Part shown: positions 52,295-63,429 of the stretch, piece by piece
Numbering within the stretch: position 1 is the first letter of the stretch
Layout: each line of letters opens with the position of its first letter
Source of the DNA: Neoconidiobolus thromboides FSU 785
Taxonomy: Eukaryota; Fungi; Entomophthoromycota
Direction: 5' to 3'
Assembly (NCBI GenBank): GCA_025603075.1
Contig: MU626337.1
Coordinates: 27,689-91,688 of the forward strand
Length of the DNA stretch: 64,000 nucleotides
Notes under the pieces: generated by a model
Seen by the model: only the letters and a program-made list of their open reading frames with translations
The model's database searches: none
Told to the model about the DNA's origin: nothing
Program-made: the position numbers and the translations under genes

Positions 52295-53952
52295 GTTTGT
52301 TGTAAAACTTAAAAAATAAACATTTAGACTTTAAGATCATTCTTATTATATCTCTCTTAAATATTGATAAGCTTCAAACTAAAATTTATAAATTTGAATG
52401 TTGACGCATTGAACAATTTTGGTGGGTTTATCAAGATCATATTTTCACTATCCCATACAAAAACTCAAATTAGTTAGTTAAGTAACCAGTTTGTTATTCA
52501 ACTTACAACTAAAGTTAATGGACATTTTAAAATTGTCTCAGAAAAGTAAATCAACAATTGTAGGAAAATAATGTTATCAAATTTGACTAGATTTACATTA
52601 AGCTTTATAAGTAAAAGGTACTTTTTAATTGATGAATTCTAGTAAAGAATTAGCACTAAAAATTTTATGCGTGTTTTTATGTTAGAATGAATACCTAATA
52701 ATAGTATAAAAAACTTTAAATTTTTATAACTTATAAAACATTAGCAAATATACAATGCAAAAATTATTACAAGAATCCTCTAATTAAGATAGAAAAGATC
52801 TTTTGATACAATAAAATAATCTAATGTCTATTTTTTATAGATTAAAAAGATAAAAAAAATTTTTTACGATTTAATTTATAAAATAAAAATTAGCCAATTG
52901 AAACTTTTATAATCTATTTGTATGAAAAATAAATTCTATACAACTAGACTCTATAAACTAGTTTTGTTTAAATATGATAAAAAGAAAGTAAATATTTTTC
53001 AAGCATCAATTTAGTGCAAAAATTTTCGCTGATTAATGTTGATAAATTTTAAGCATCTGTTTTCAAATCTTTGTAGCTGCAAATTAAACAATTAAATACA
53101 GTTATTTAATTGGCTAATTTACTTTACAGTGAACTTAGTAAAAAGATACTATGATTTTAGTAATTTCTATTTTTAATTTATCTATAAAAAGCAAATTAGT
53201 TTAAACTAAAAACTGAAGCAATACTTTAAAAAAGTATCAAAAAATCGCACGTCTATCAGATTTTAATATAACCTTATCTAAGAGTCTTTCTATACAGCCT
53301 TGGATTTAACTGCTAACTAATATAATCTAGTTATTTTGTCACTATTGTAACTACTCTATATAGCGATTCCATTTCTGTCAATAGACCTTTCGCATTTTAA
53401 AGTCAATAAAGTATCAATATGTAAAGATTCTCATAAATAATCTTATTTTTTAATGAAGAATCAGTTTTGAGAGTATACAATTGCAATGCTTGCATATTTT
53501 ACAAAATAATCTTTTTCTTACTTATAGAAACATTAGTTCTTGTAATCAATAATGTTTTATTTTTATTAATAAAAAAAACTAGGTTTTTTCATGAAAAGCC
53601 CTTGCAGTAAGGCCAATTTGTTATTAACTTATACTTTAGAGCTATGGTAGTACAAAGTGTTTGATATCCACTTACTATGCTTATTTATTTAATGACAAGA
53701 GTTTGGAAATTTTAGTAGTTATGTTTAACATTTTGACTCTTTATCACTTCACTAATATTATAGATTAATGGTTTGAGATAAATTAGATTATTTGATTTTA
53801 TGATGAGACTTGGCATTTACTCATAAATACGCTTAGCACATATACTATGATGGAAATAAACAAAGAATTTTATAATAGGCGTATAAATTGGTACTTTACC
53901 TATTTTAAATAAAAAACAATCTCTATTTACTCATCAAATTTATAACTTTAGT

Positions 53953-53997
53953 TTATCAATATAGATAAATCAATATCGGTATTTTAGGCATATAAAA
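53953..53997 (+). promoter_or_regulatory. TTATC-N6-GATAA plus TATA box of paralog C
   Basis: TTATC AATATA GATAA at 53953-53968; TATAAAA at 53991-53997. Confidence 0.65.
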
Positions 53998-54031
53998 AGA
54001 GGAAAATAAATCTTTAAAACATTATCAAAAA

Positions 54032-54445
54032 ATGAATAACTTCTTATTAAACACCATCCTTTTAGCCTTTACTGCTACTATTGCTTCACTTCCACCATCA
54101 GATGATGTTCATTTATCCAGAAGAGGTTTCGGCTCCTATCCAGGCTATGGGTTAAATGGTGGTTATAGTGGTTTAAACGCTGGCTCTAGTAATTTCTATC
54201 CTGGCTATGGACTTGGCGGGTTTGGTGGTGGATATGGCGGATATGGTGGGTTCAATAATTTTGGTTCTTTTGGTTTTCCAACTGTGATTACCAATGATGC
54301 TTTTAATGCTAATGCTAATAATTTCAATTTAAATGAGTTTGATAGTAACAAACAAGCAGCTGTGTTTACCGACAATGTTCATAGTAACAATGTAAATAGC
54401 AATAATGCTAATGTTAGTAAGCAGAATAGTGCTGCTATTATTTAA
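54032..54445 (+). CDS. Secreted Gly/Asn/aromatic-rich small protein, paralog C
   Basis: Signal peptide, LSRR site, duplicated YPGYGL unit, conserved C-terminus ending SAAII. Confidence 0.92.
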   Translation: MNNFLLNTILLAFTATIASLPPSDDVHLSRRGFGSYPGYGLNGGYSGLNAGSSNFYPGYGLGGFGGGYGGYGGFNNFGSFGFPTVITNDAFNANANNFNLNEFDSNKQAAVFTDNVHSNNVNSNNANVSKQNSAAII

Positions 54446-55131
54446 AAATGGTACAAATTGTTCTAGAATAAATACTCTACAGTTTGAACTTGCTTTCATT
54501 TGTTTTACTTCTATAAAAATTTAAATATTTTTGTATCTATATATGATTTTTTTCTAAATTAATAAAGCTATTTGATTTCTAAAATTTAGCTAAAGAAACT
54601 GTATTTTGTTATTTGCCATTTCAAATCCAATGACATTACAATTCTCTATAAAGTTATTAATATGTTCTATCTTCTGTTTTTTTTGGTATTTGATGCCCTA
54701 TATCAGCTATTTTAAAAATTCGAATTACAAACTGATACCAGTTACTGCTTCAATCATGATCTTTATCACTTGATTCCTGTATATTTGACAACAGGGAAGA
54801 TTAAACTTGAAGTTCTATTTAGATTTGGTATAGCTTCAACGCTATTGTTTACCCTTACAAAAGATTTATTGGAATAGTTCTAATACTAACATTACATATC
54901 GATATCAATATAATCTAAGTTTGTCATTTGGTTTCTTATTAATTTATCAAATTAAAACACTATTTTATTAGCTATCTTTTTTTACATTCATCTTTACTAA
55001 TAGATTAAATATCAATAACCATTTATCAACTTTGAATCATCATATAAAATCGTAAAAGATTAATTAATAAGTAGTAAAAAACTACTCATATAAAGCCAAC
55101 TAAATACTTTCTTAATGAAATATTCCCCTAA

Positions 55132-55560
55132 ATGTATAAATACATATCAACCATTCTTATTTTAACTTCCTCCACTATTATTTTATCTCATTCAACATTA
55201 CCTAAAACTTGCTTATTTAAACAAGTATTTACCACTTTTCCATCTGTTTTTGATATCGATGAATTTTCAAACATCCAATACAACAATCGACCTCATTCTA
55301 CTCCACCTATTTTCAATTTAAATAATAATTTTGGATGGGCTGGAACTAACACGGTTAAGACTTCTCCATCGAATTTCAATTCATGTAGCCTTCCATCTAT
55401 ATTTGATGACAGCTGTTTAAATGCTAATATAACTACTTTTCGCAAATATGAAAGTAACAAAAACAAAAAAGCAACTATATAAACTGATAATATTCATAAG
55501 AAAAATGCAGATAAGGAGAGTGATAATAATATTAAATTTGATGTTGCTATTATTATTTAA
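55132..55560 (+). pseudogene. Divergent paralog D interrupted by an in-frame TAA
   Basis: ORF stops at TAA 55480-55482 (KKATI*). The same frame continues TDNIHKKNADKESDNNIKFDVAIII* to 55560, matching the family tail (AAVF-TDNVH...AAII). Confidence 0.8.
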
Positions 55561-55875
55561 GTTTAATAGTTGAATTATATTTTAAAATAAAATAGGTTTT
55601 TAGAGACTTAATATTTGAGAGCTATTATACTTAACTTTTTATAAAATTAAATAATTTATACAAATTCATATAATCAACTTGTTGCTCTTTCTATTATAAC
55701 AAAAGTTATTATTTAAACTAAGATAAAATAAAAAATAGTCGTGAATTATTGAAACAAAACACAATTAAAAATTTAAAACTATCATTATTATTTCATTATA
55801 TAAAAGTATAAAAACCTTCGGAAAGCACTCTTAATAGTTTTCAAAATAAATAACGAAAAACCTATAAATTAATTT

Positions 55876-56617
55876 CTATTGATTGTTAGTAGAGTCCATA
55901 CCAGGTGGAGAAGGTGGGGCTTTTTGTATATGATTTAATAGCTGAAAACCTTTTTTAAACACCGGTTTAATTAAATTAACTTCAAACCTAGTCAAATTAT
56001 CCATTTGTAAATGAGAATCATTAATGGCTTCAATACCCTTTCTAATTTTACTTTGTCTTTGTTCTTGTATTTCTTTTAATAAATTTCGAATAATATTACT
56101 TTCTTTGATATCATCAGAAGCTCTGAAAATAAAATGATAAACCCAAACTAAAAAAATTATTAATGTTTGACTTACTTATCCAATAACATCTTTGATATTT
56201 CCATAAAATTCTCATTCATTTTGCTAAATGTAGGCTCTTCTCTTTCTTCAGCTAGCCTCTTTTTTAAACTTTCTAAATGTAAAGTTTATTTTTAATCCTC
56301 TTTTAATAATAAAATATTAGCTCTTACCAATCGATAACCATTCTGGGGGTACAATTGAGCACTTATTCTTACTCTTTAAAACTAAAGCTAATCCTAATGG
56401 TACTTTACTCCTAAACGGTGGTTTAAATGGGCCTATAGCACCCTTATTAAATTTAACTTAAAGCTCGATTTAATCCTATTATAAATCACCGACTTACCGA
56501 AGATAATTGTAATCGATCCATTTTGAATTTTGGTCTTATTTCTATCATCTTTATCTCACTTAGGTATTCCAATTCATCGAATTCTAATTCTCCTCGTTGT
56601 CGTTTTTGTAATGCCAT
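55876..56617 (-). CDS. PSF2: GINS complex subunit Psf2, multi-exon
   Basis: [11 protein letters not shown]...ELEYLSE, GPFKPP...[49 protein letters not shown]. Not in the ORF track. Confidence 0.92.
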
Positions 56618-56952
56618 TTCAAAAATTGAATTTTGTTTATTTTTTTTCAAATTGAGTCGTTTTTAATATCAGTCGCATTCACCAATAAACAGTTAGTAAG
56701 TAAATTAGCAAATAATAGTTATAGATTTTTGATTTAACTGGAAAGAATTCCATTCTAACATCTAATCCAATAAAACTACCCCATTATTAAATTTAGGTTC
56801 TTTGCTTAATAATATGATTTTAAAATATCAAAATATATAATAAACAAAAACGAGCGAGATATGAAATATGATGAAAAAGCAATAAAATTGAAAGCTGAAT
56901 AAACAAAAAACAATGATTCAATTAGCTTCATTTATTAGTGTAAAATTTCTTA

Positions 56953-57486
56953 TTAAACAAAAATAAACAGTTCATCCCCTTCAACAACATTTCCAAATAT
57001 TTTCAACTTATGGGGGGTTCTATCGCATTGTCCGTTATCCAGACTGAAGCACCTAATTAATTATTAATATTTAAACATTTAATTAATAGATTTAAAATAC
57101 CAAAAATGAGCAGGACATTTAATCTAGAAATTATAAAACATTAAAAACAGAGGTTTTTAGTTATCATAGAAATCTTACTGCAGTACCAAACTTAACCCCA
57201 AATTCTTCAATATCAATAAGTTTGCTTTTATATAACGGATATCCTTGGTGGGGACAAAACTAAATATTGCACTTTAATCTTCATTGATTTGTTTATTTGA
57301 GAAGTAAAATAATAATTCTCTATTACTTACCGCTTCCATTACTTTATAATCGTCATCTTGTTTAACTATCAATAACTTTAATATTCTATTATCTAGTCGT
57401 AATTCTGCTTTTTTATAAATTAATTTATTGCTATTTTGTTGAAAATTTTCAATTGTTGTTAAATAATATTTGGTCAATTCACTCAT
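56953..57486 (-). CDS. Small stand-alone Rieske [2Fe-2S] ferredoxin-domain protein, 4 exons
   Basis: Exons 57486-57331, 57259-57179, 57123-57101 and 57052-56953 splice to ...VMEA|FCPHQGYPL...GTA|IKCPAHFW|CFSLDNGQC...VEGDELFIFV*, giving CxH and CxxH ligand motifs. Confidence 0.88.
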
Positions 57487-57843
57487 TATTCTTTTTAATA
57501 AAAAATAGATTTTTAATTTGCATTGTCATTCTTTTAATTTTTAATTTCTAAATCCTATTTCCTTTTTAAAACTTAAATTTAATTATGACAAAAAAATTAG
57601 CAAAAAATGATCAAGTTTCTATAAAAGAAATCCCAACTTTAATTAAATAAAAAACAGGTGCTAATAAGAGGATAGAAGTTATAAAAGAAGAAATAGAGAG
57701 TCAAAAATAAATATTGGGGATAGGATAAATAAATACACATATTAAAGAATTAAAAAGAACACTTAAATAAGGTTTAAAAAAGGTTGGTACTTTTTCAACA
57801 TACTACACATCATCTATAAGAGTTGGAATCACTTAAATCAAGC

Positions 57844-59130
57844 CTATGGTTTGGTTTCAGATACATTATTACTTAAATTATTATTTGACATTAGATTCCA
57901 AATGGGTGGCAAAGAAAACTTTTGAGAGCGTCGATGATGAGATCTTAAAGTAACGTTGGATAAGATGGATTTTGATAATTGAGTTTCATTTCCAGTATTA
58001 TTGTTTGTTTCGTTAGCACCATTGTTTTCAGTATTGTTGTTACTTTCTCTCCTCCTCCTAGAGTTTAATAAACTTGAATGTAAATCTAACCAAGCATGAC
58101 TAATAGTATCGCCACCTTTACCAAATACAGAGGAGACTTTATTTAGTAATTGACGTTGTACTTTACTCTCCGTTTTAATTTGATTGGGGGTACCTTGTGC
58201 TGTTGAAGAGCTAAACTCGGAATCTGGACTACTATCTTTTAAAGTAGAACTAGGTGATGGACATTTAGTACTATTTTTACTATTTTTATCCTCTTTTAAA
58301 CTAGCCATGGAATGACGTAAAGATAAACTTGGATTAACTACTGTTTTTGAAGAACCCATTGAACTATTTGATAAACTGGATCTTAAAGATGGGGTTGATC
58401 TTCTACTTGATACTACAGATTTAGGGATCTGTTTGACTGATTTTTGTAAACCAACCTCTTGTTGAGGAAGATTATTACTAAAATTATAAAGTAATTTAAT
58501 ACCATTTTCTGGGAATACTTCCACCCACAAAACTTTACGTAAATGATTTCGATTTGGGGTTTGAGATAAAGAGCGGGTTAATTTACCATCCATAAATTCA
58601 ACAAATTCGCTCCAATGTTGTTTAGATACATATAATTGAAACCCTAAGAAAAATAATAATTCAACTTCCATCTTATTGATTTCTTCTACTTTAAAGAGTC
58701 CTTGACTAACTTGTGCCCAACTACGATTATGATAACAGTTATCATAAAGATATTTATAAGCTATAATTAAGGCGGCTAATAATAATCTATGAGGTGAGCT
58801 ATTGGTGCCTTTACAAGCTGGATGTTTTTGTTTTAATCTAATCAAATAGATCAAAGCTAAAAACAAAGTAGTGATAGAAGAATTGGTTCTTCTAATAACT
58901 CTATAAATGAATTCGTTTAAAGGCGGTAAACCACTCTTTTCAATCTGTTCAGGCTCACAGCCAAATAAATGATTGACAAATCTTTCTGCTAATGCAATAG
59001 CTACTAGTCGTAATTGTTTACGATCTTCATCACTTGTTATTATCTTTTCATCTAAATGGGCTGGGATGATTAATTCTAAAGCATTTGTGCTTGGCCTTGG
59101 GTTATTGTTACTATTTGATATTGATAGCAT
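57844..59130 (-). CDS. Pho85-type (Pcl/Pho80-like) cyclin with a long Ser-rich C-terminal tail
   Basis: Cyclin box LPPLNEFI..VIRRT...TLFLALIYLIRL...HRLLLAALIIAYKYLYDNCYHNRSWA...EINKMEVELLFFL. Confidence 0.92.
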   Translation of the reverse strand: MLSISNSNNNPRPSTNALELIIPAHLDEKIITSDEDRKQLRLVAIALAERFVNHLFGCEPEQIEKSGLPPLNEFIYRVIRRTNSSITTLFLALIYLIRLKQKHPACKGTNSSPHRLLLAALIIAYKYLYDNCYHNRSWAQVSQGLFKVEEINKMEVELLFFLGFQLYVSKQHWSEFVEFMDGKLTRSLSQTPNRNHLRKVLWVEVFPENGIKLLYNFSNNLPQQEVGLQKSVKQIPKSVVSSRRSTPSLRSSLSNSSMGSSKTVVNPSLSLRHSMASLKEDKNSKNSTKCPSPSSTLKDSSPDSEFSSSTAQGTPNQIKTESKVQRQLLNKVSSVFGKGGDTISHAWLDLHSSLLNSRRRRESNNNTENNGANETNNNTGNETQLSKSILSNVTLRSHHRRSQKFSLPPIWNLMSNNNLSNNVSETKP

Positions 59131-61922
59131 TCTTTCTTATATTGTATTATATTATTAAAAACACAAATTGTTGTAAATAATAAAAAGAGAAATGATAGAT
59201 TTGAAAATCAATTCGATGATTGTATTATATATAAAGCTTATATTCGATTTAAGGGGTCAAAATACTAATTTTAAATCAGAGTCATAAAACTAAAACTGGG
59301 GAAATAAGAATATACTGATAAAATAATAAGTAAGATTTAATTGAATATACTCTACTATCTAATCAAGTTTATATAACTAAAAAAATACGATCAAAGTTTA
59401 AAAAGAATAAAAAAATTTATTTTTCTATATTCACTTTTTTTATACTTAAATAAACATCTAACTTTTAGGTTAAAAATTACTAATTTCTGGTCGATTTCAA
59501 ACTCTCATTCTTGAAATTGAAACTTGAAATTTATATCCAAATCATCTAATTTGTATACTTTTATGCCTTTTGAAACTGACTTTTGATACTCAAATGCCTT
59601 AATCAGCTCTTGAAACTATGTAGCCATTTATCTATTTTTAGTAAATCTTATCAATCATAGCCAATCAAACCTCCAAAAGATACTTTTAGTTGATCTAAAA
59701 GTATCTGACTTCATTGGCTTAAAAGTATTTTTATTAACTAGAATTTATGCACTTTAAACTCAAAGTTACTTCAAATTTTCAATAACAAATAAAAGAGATC
59801 AATTAAGGTTAACTCTTTGATCTAATTGATAAAAATCAACTCATTGAAAGATCTACCACTTATCAGGCTGCCTCAGTTTAAATTTGAGTTCAAATTCTCT
59901 TGCAATTTAATTACTATTTAATCTATCTTAATCGCTTTTCTTTAAAAATCTACTTTCTTTTTTTAGTTATTTGTAACCACTAGCTTATCCATTTTTTGCC
60001 CGCTTTTTAATGGCTTATTCAAATTCAAATTGGATTTTAAAGATTTTCTTTTGACAACAACTATTACGACATGACTTGAAAAAAGGCTTATTAATTAAAA
60101 TTAAAATTGGAACACTGGATCATCTTTTCTCCATAGTTTTTTGGCCGAATCCCTGAATTAGTACTAATTTTTACAACACTCTATTGTTTGTCTTAACTAG
60201 TTTTAATTCATTAGCATAGTAAATTGGACTTTGTTTCATTATCATATCGCTATTCTTGACTAATCAAAAATTACATCATCCTTACTCTAAATTGAAATCT
60301 GGGTAAATATAACGTTAACTAAAACTTCATAATGACTGTACTCTTTTTGATAGCTCATCATTTGTTCATTTTATTCAATTTATGGCTATTATGAGTTAAC
60401 TAACTGTTTATTTGAGAGTAAGTATTTGACTAAAATTAATATCAATTTAATAATTAGGCTTTAAAAAAAGATTTCAACCAATTGTTTAATTATAAAAATT
60501 GCCACTAAATAAGTCAGTTTATTTGAATTAATTTAATATTAGTTATTGTTATTATTTATTTTAAATGCAAATTGGGCATTTTGGTTCTGTTTTAGTGAAT
60601 CCTGATTATTGCAAAATATCAGTTTTTATAGCTAGAAAATATAAAATTAAAAATGCCCAATCTACACTTAAAACATAAATGATGTTACGTAGAATTCATT
60701 TTGTTTTATTATTTTGTATTACTTTTAACTCAGTTTTAAAATTCATTTAGTAGTTTTATCTACTGCCATTTTGTTTAAATCCATTTTTAATATTTGAATT
60801 AACTAACATATTAAATGCCTAAACAAAGCTTTATCTTTAAGGACTTATATACTATTACTATTGAACATTTCGAAAATTCGATACACAATATTCCTTCTAT
60901 TACAAATACTTACAACACTATTATAACTTAAAAAAAGAATTTGGATCAAATATAGTTCAATGTGATTTATTAAAAAGATAAATGAAACTAAAAACTTATT
61001 TTTTAACTTCACTTACTAAAATGAAAATCTTAACCCCTTATAATATTCTAGTTCAAGTTTTAGGCTTAAGATTGAACCCTGTTTTGAAGAGCAAAAGATT
61101 CAGTAGTTAAAAAAAGTAATTTTCTGACCATGGTATTCAAATGTTGCACTTTAATTCAAGTTATGGATGTAAAAATAGGAGCTTAAGATTAAACAGGAGA
61201 CTGAATTTTCGGTTGATACATATTCGAGCCTTTTTTTAAATTGTTTTGGGATAGTGTCAGTGCTAGATTATTTCATGATAACTTAGAAGATAAATAATCT
61301 GATTAATTACATTTAATATGAAAGTTGTGACTGCTTTTCACTTGAATTTTAAAGATTAATTAAAATAATATTAGAAATTTCTCATTTTATTTTAATTTAA
61401 TATAAGAATATTAAGTAAAAAAATTATTTATAAATAACTGAGTTTATAAGCAGGATATTTTTTAACATGGATAATAATAAATTTAATTAAATTTTATATT
61501 ACAAGTAGTTGAAAAGTTTATCATGATTTTAAACTTGATTTCTCAGTTAGAATTCAATTATGTTTACAAAATTTCTATGACAATGTCCAAATCATGAAAA
61601 GCAGTGATGGAGTTATTTGCAATTAGATCTTTTATTGCTTTTGATTTCTAGTTATTTTTTTCTAGTATGAATTCAAGAATTCCAACTTTTCAATATTTTA
61701 AATTCACATAAAGAAATATTAATTACAAATTAAAAGCAAGCGATGATATGCAAAGCTATAAGTGGTTTTAATTGAATTTATTAATCAATTTCAAATTTTG
61801 CATTCAAATAAAATCGGAAAATAAAGGAGTTTCAAATTAAACAAACATATATTTTATTCAAAAAAAAAGAAAAATCTATTAAATTGTGAATGTGTTTATT
61901 CTTATACTAAACCTCAGTAAGG

Positions 61923-62387
61923 CTAAATAATAGCAACACTGTTATGTTTATTAACATTATTATTACTCTTATTGATATCTTTCTTATGAATATTATCAAC
62001 GAATACAGCTGCTTTTTTATTGCGATCAAACTGATGAGCATTGAAACTGTTAGCATTAACATTGAAACGATCATTATTGATAACATTTGGGAAACCAAAG
62101 GAGTTAAAGTTATTGAATCCTCCATATCCATTATTATAGCCCAAACCGGGAGAGTAATAATTGAAACTACGTCTAAACAAATTTGTATTTGTAGATAATG
62201 AACTATCTAATATATTTGGAAAACTTAAGGTGTTTAAAGTATTTAAACCATTATTACTATCATATTTATATTCAGTAGAATAGAAATTAAAATAGCGTTT
62301 AGATAATTGTTGTTGGTTAGAGGTTGGGATGGAAGTGATAGTAGAAACTAAAGATAAAAAGATAATACTTGGTTTGAATTTAGTCAT
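61923..62387 (-). CDS. Secreted Gly/Asn/aromatic-rich small protein, paralog E, with two dibasic sites
   Basis: Signal peptide, LSKR and LFRR sites, conserved C-terminus ending SVAII. Confidence 0.92.
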   Translation of the reverse strand: MTKFKPSIIFLSLVSTITSIPTSNQQQLSKRYFNFYSTEYKYDSNNGLNTLNTLSFPNILDSSLSTNTNLFRRSFNYYSPGLGYNNGYGGFNNFNSFGFPNVINNDRFNVNANSFNAHQFDRNKKAAVFVDNIHKKDINKSNNNVNKHNSVAII

Positions 62388-62422
62388 TTTTTAATAACTA
62401 TTCCAAGTCATTGATTCAGGGT

Positions 62423-62466
62423 TTTTATATTTACTAGTTACTAATATTATTTATCTTTTTTGATAA
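62423..62466 (-). promoter_or_regulatory. TTATC-N6-GATAA plus TATA box of paralog E
   Basis: TTATC TTTTTT GATAA at 62451-62466; minus-strand TATAAAA at 62429-62423. Confidence 0.62.
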
Positions 62467-62607
62467 AATAAAAGTTAAATTGATAAATAGAGTTAATTAT
62501 TAATTATAATAAAGATAATTAATGTAGTCTTAAAGTATTATTATTTGCTATTATATTTATCAAATTAAAGGTAATTTTATTTAATTATTATTTAATAAAT
62601 ACTAAAT

Positions 62608-62705
62608 GGGAATGTATTTTTGTATTTAAGAATTTTACTAACAAATTTTCTGCTCAAATAGCGCTTAAAAGATGGAAAAAGTAATGAAGCCAAAAAATCA
62701 TCCCC
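62608..62705 (+). mobile_element. MITE copy 16
   Basis: Near-consensus full-length copy; perfect target duplication AAAT/AAAT. Confidence 0.92.
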
Positions 62706-63302
62706 AAATGTTGTTATAAGATTTAGTAAAGAATCTACTTTATCACCAAGTACTTTGAGTTATGACATACTAAATTAATTCTATCTATTGTCAGAAGATT
62801 GAGAAAGTTTTAAACGTTTAGTAAAAAACAAAATTAATAATATAGCGTTAGTTATATTTAAATACTTTTTTTATAGTAATAAACAGATTCTTTATAATTT
62901 TAAATAATGTGAGTTTGATTTTAAATAGCCTTGTAAAGTTGCATAAATAAACTCATTAATCACCATTTTCTGAGTGTTTTATACTCAATATAATAAAATT
63001 TGAAAACTTTTGGATTTTTATTAATTTTTATTGAAATAAATTTAATTTATAAATACTTTTCTAATATATAGTAGCTTTTAAATTTACTAGGTAAGATGAT
63101 AAAACTATTAGTTTTTTTTAGATAAAGCTAACTAGCAAGTCTTTATAAGATACTAGTCTTTCCCTTATTTCCCTATTAAAAAGAACTTGTTTTAAAATCA
63201 AAAAATTGATGCCTTTTATAGTAAAGTTAAAAAGTTTCAATCTAAATACATGACGTGAAGCATCAAAAGCATGAAAGATTTAATATTCTAAATTTATAAA
63301 CT

Positions 63303-63383
63303 TAAAATAAAAATAAAATAAAAATAAAAATAAAAATAAAGATAAAAATAAAAATAAAAATAAAGATAAAAATAAAAATAAAA
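63303..63383. repeat. (AAAAAT)n microsatellite
   Basis: Read directly from the sequence, just downstream of paralog F. Confidence 0.85.
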
Positions 63384-63429
63384 AGGGTATTAGTTTCTAA
63401 ATCTTTTGTTCTAATAAATATGAGCTATA

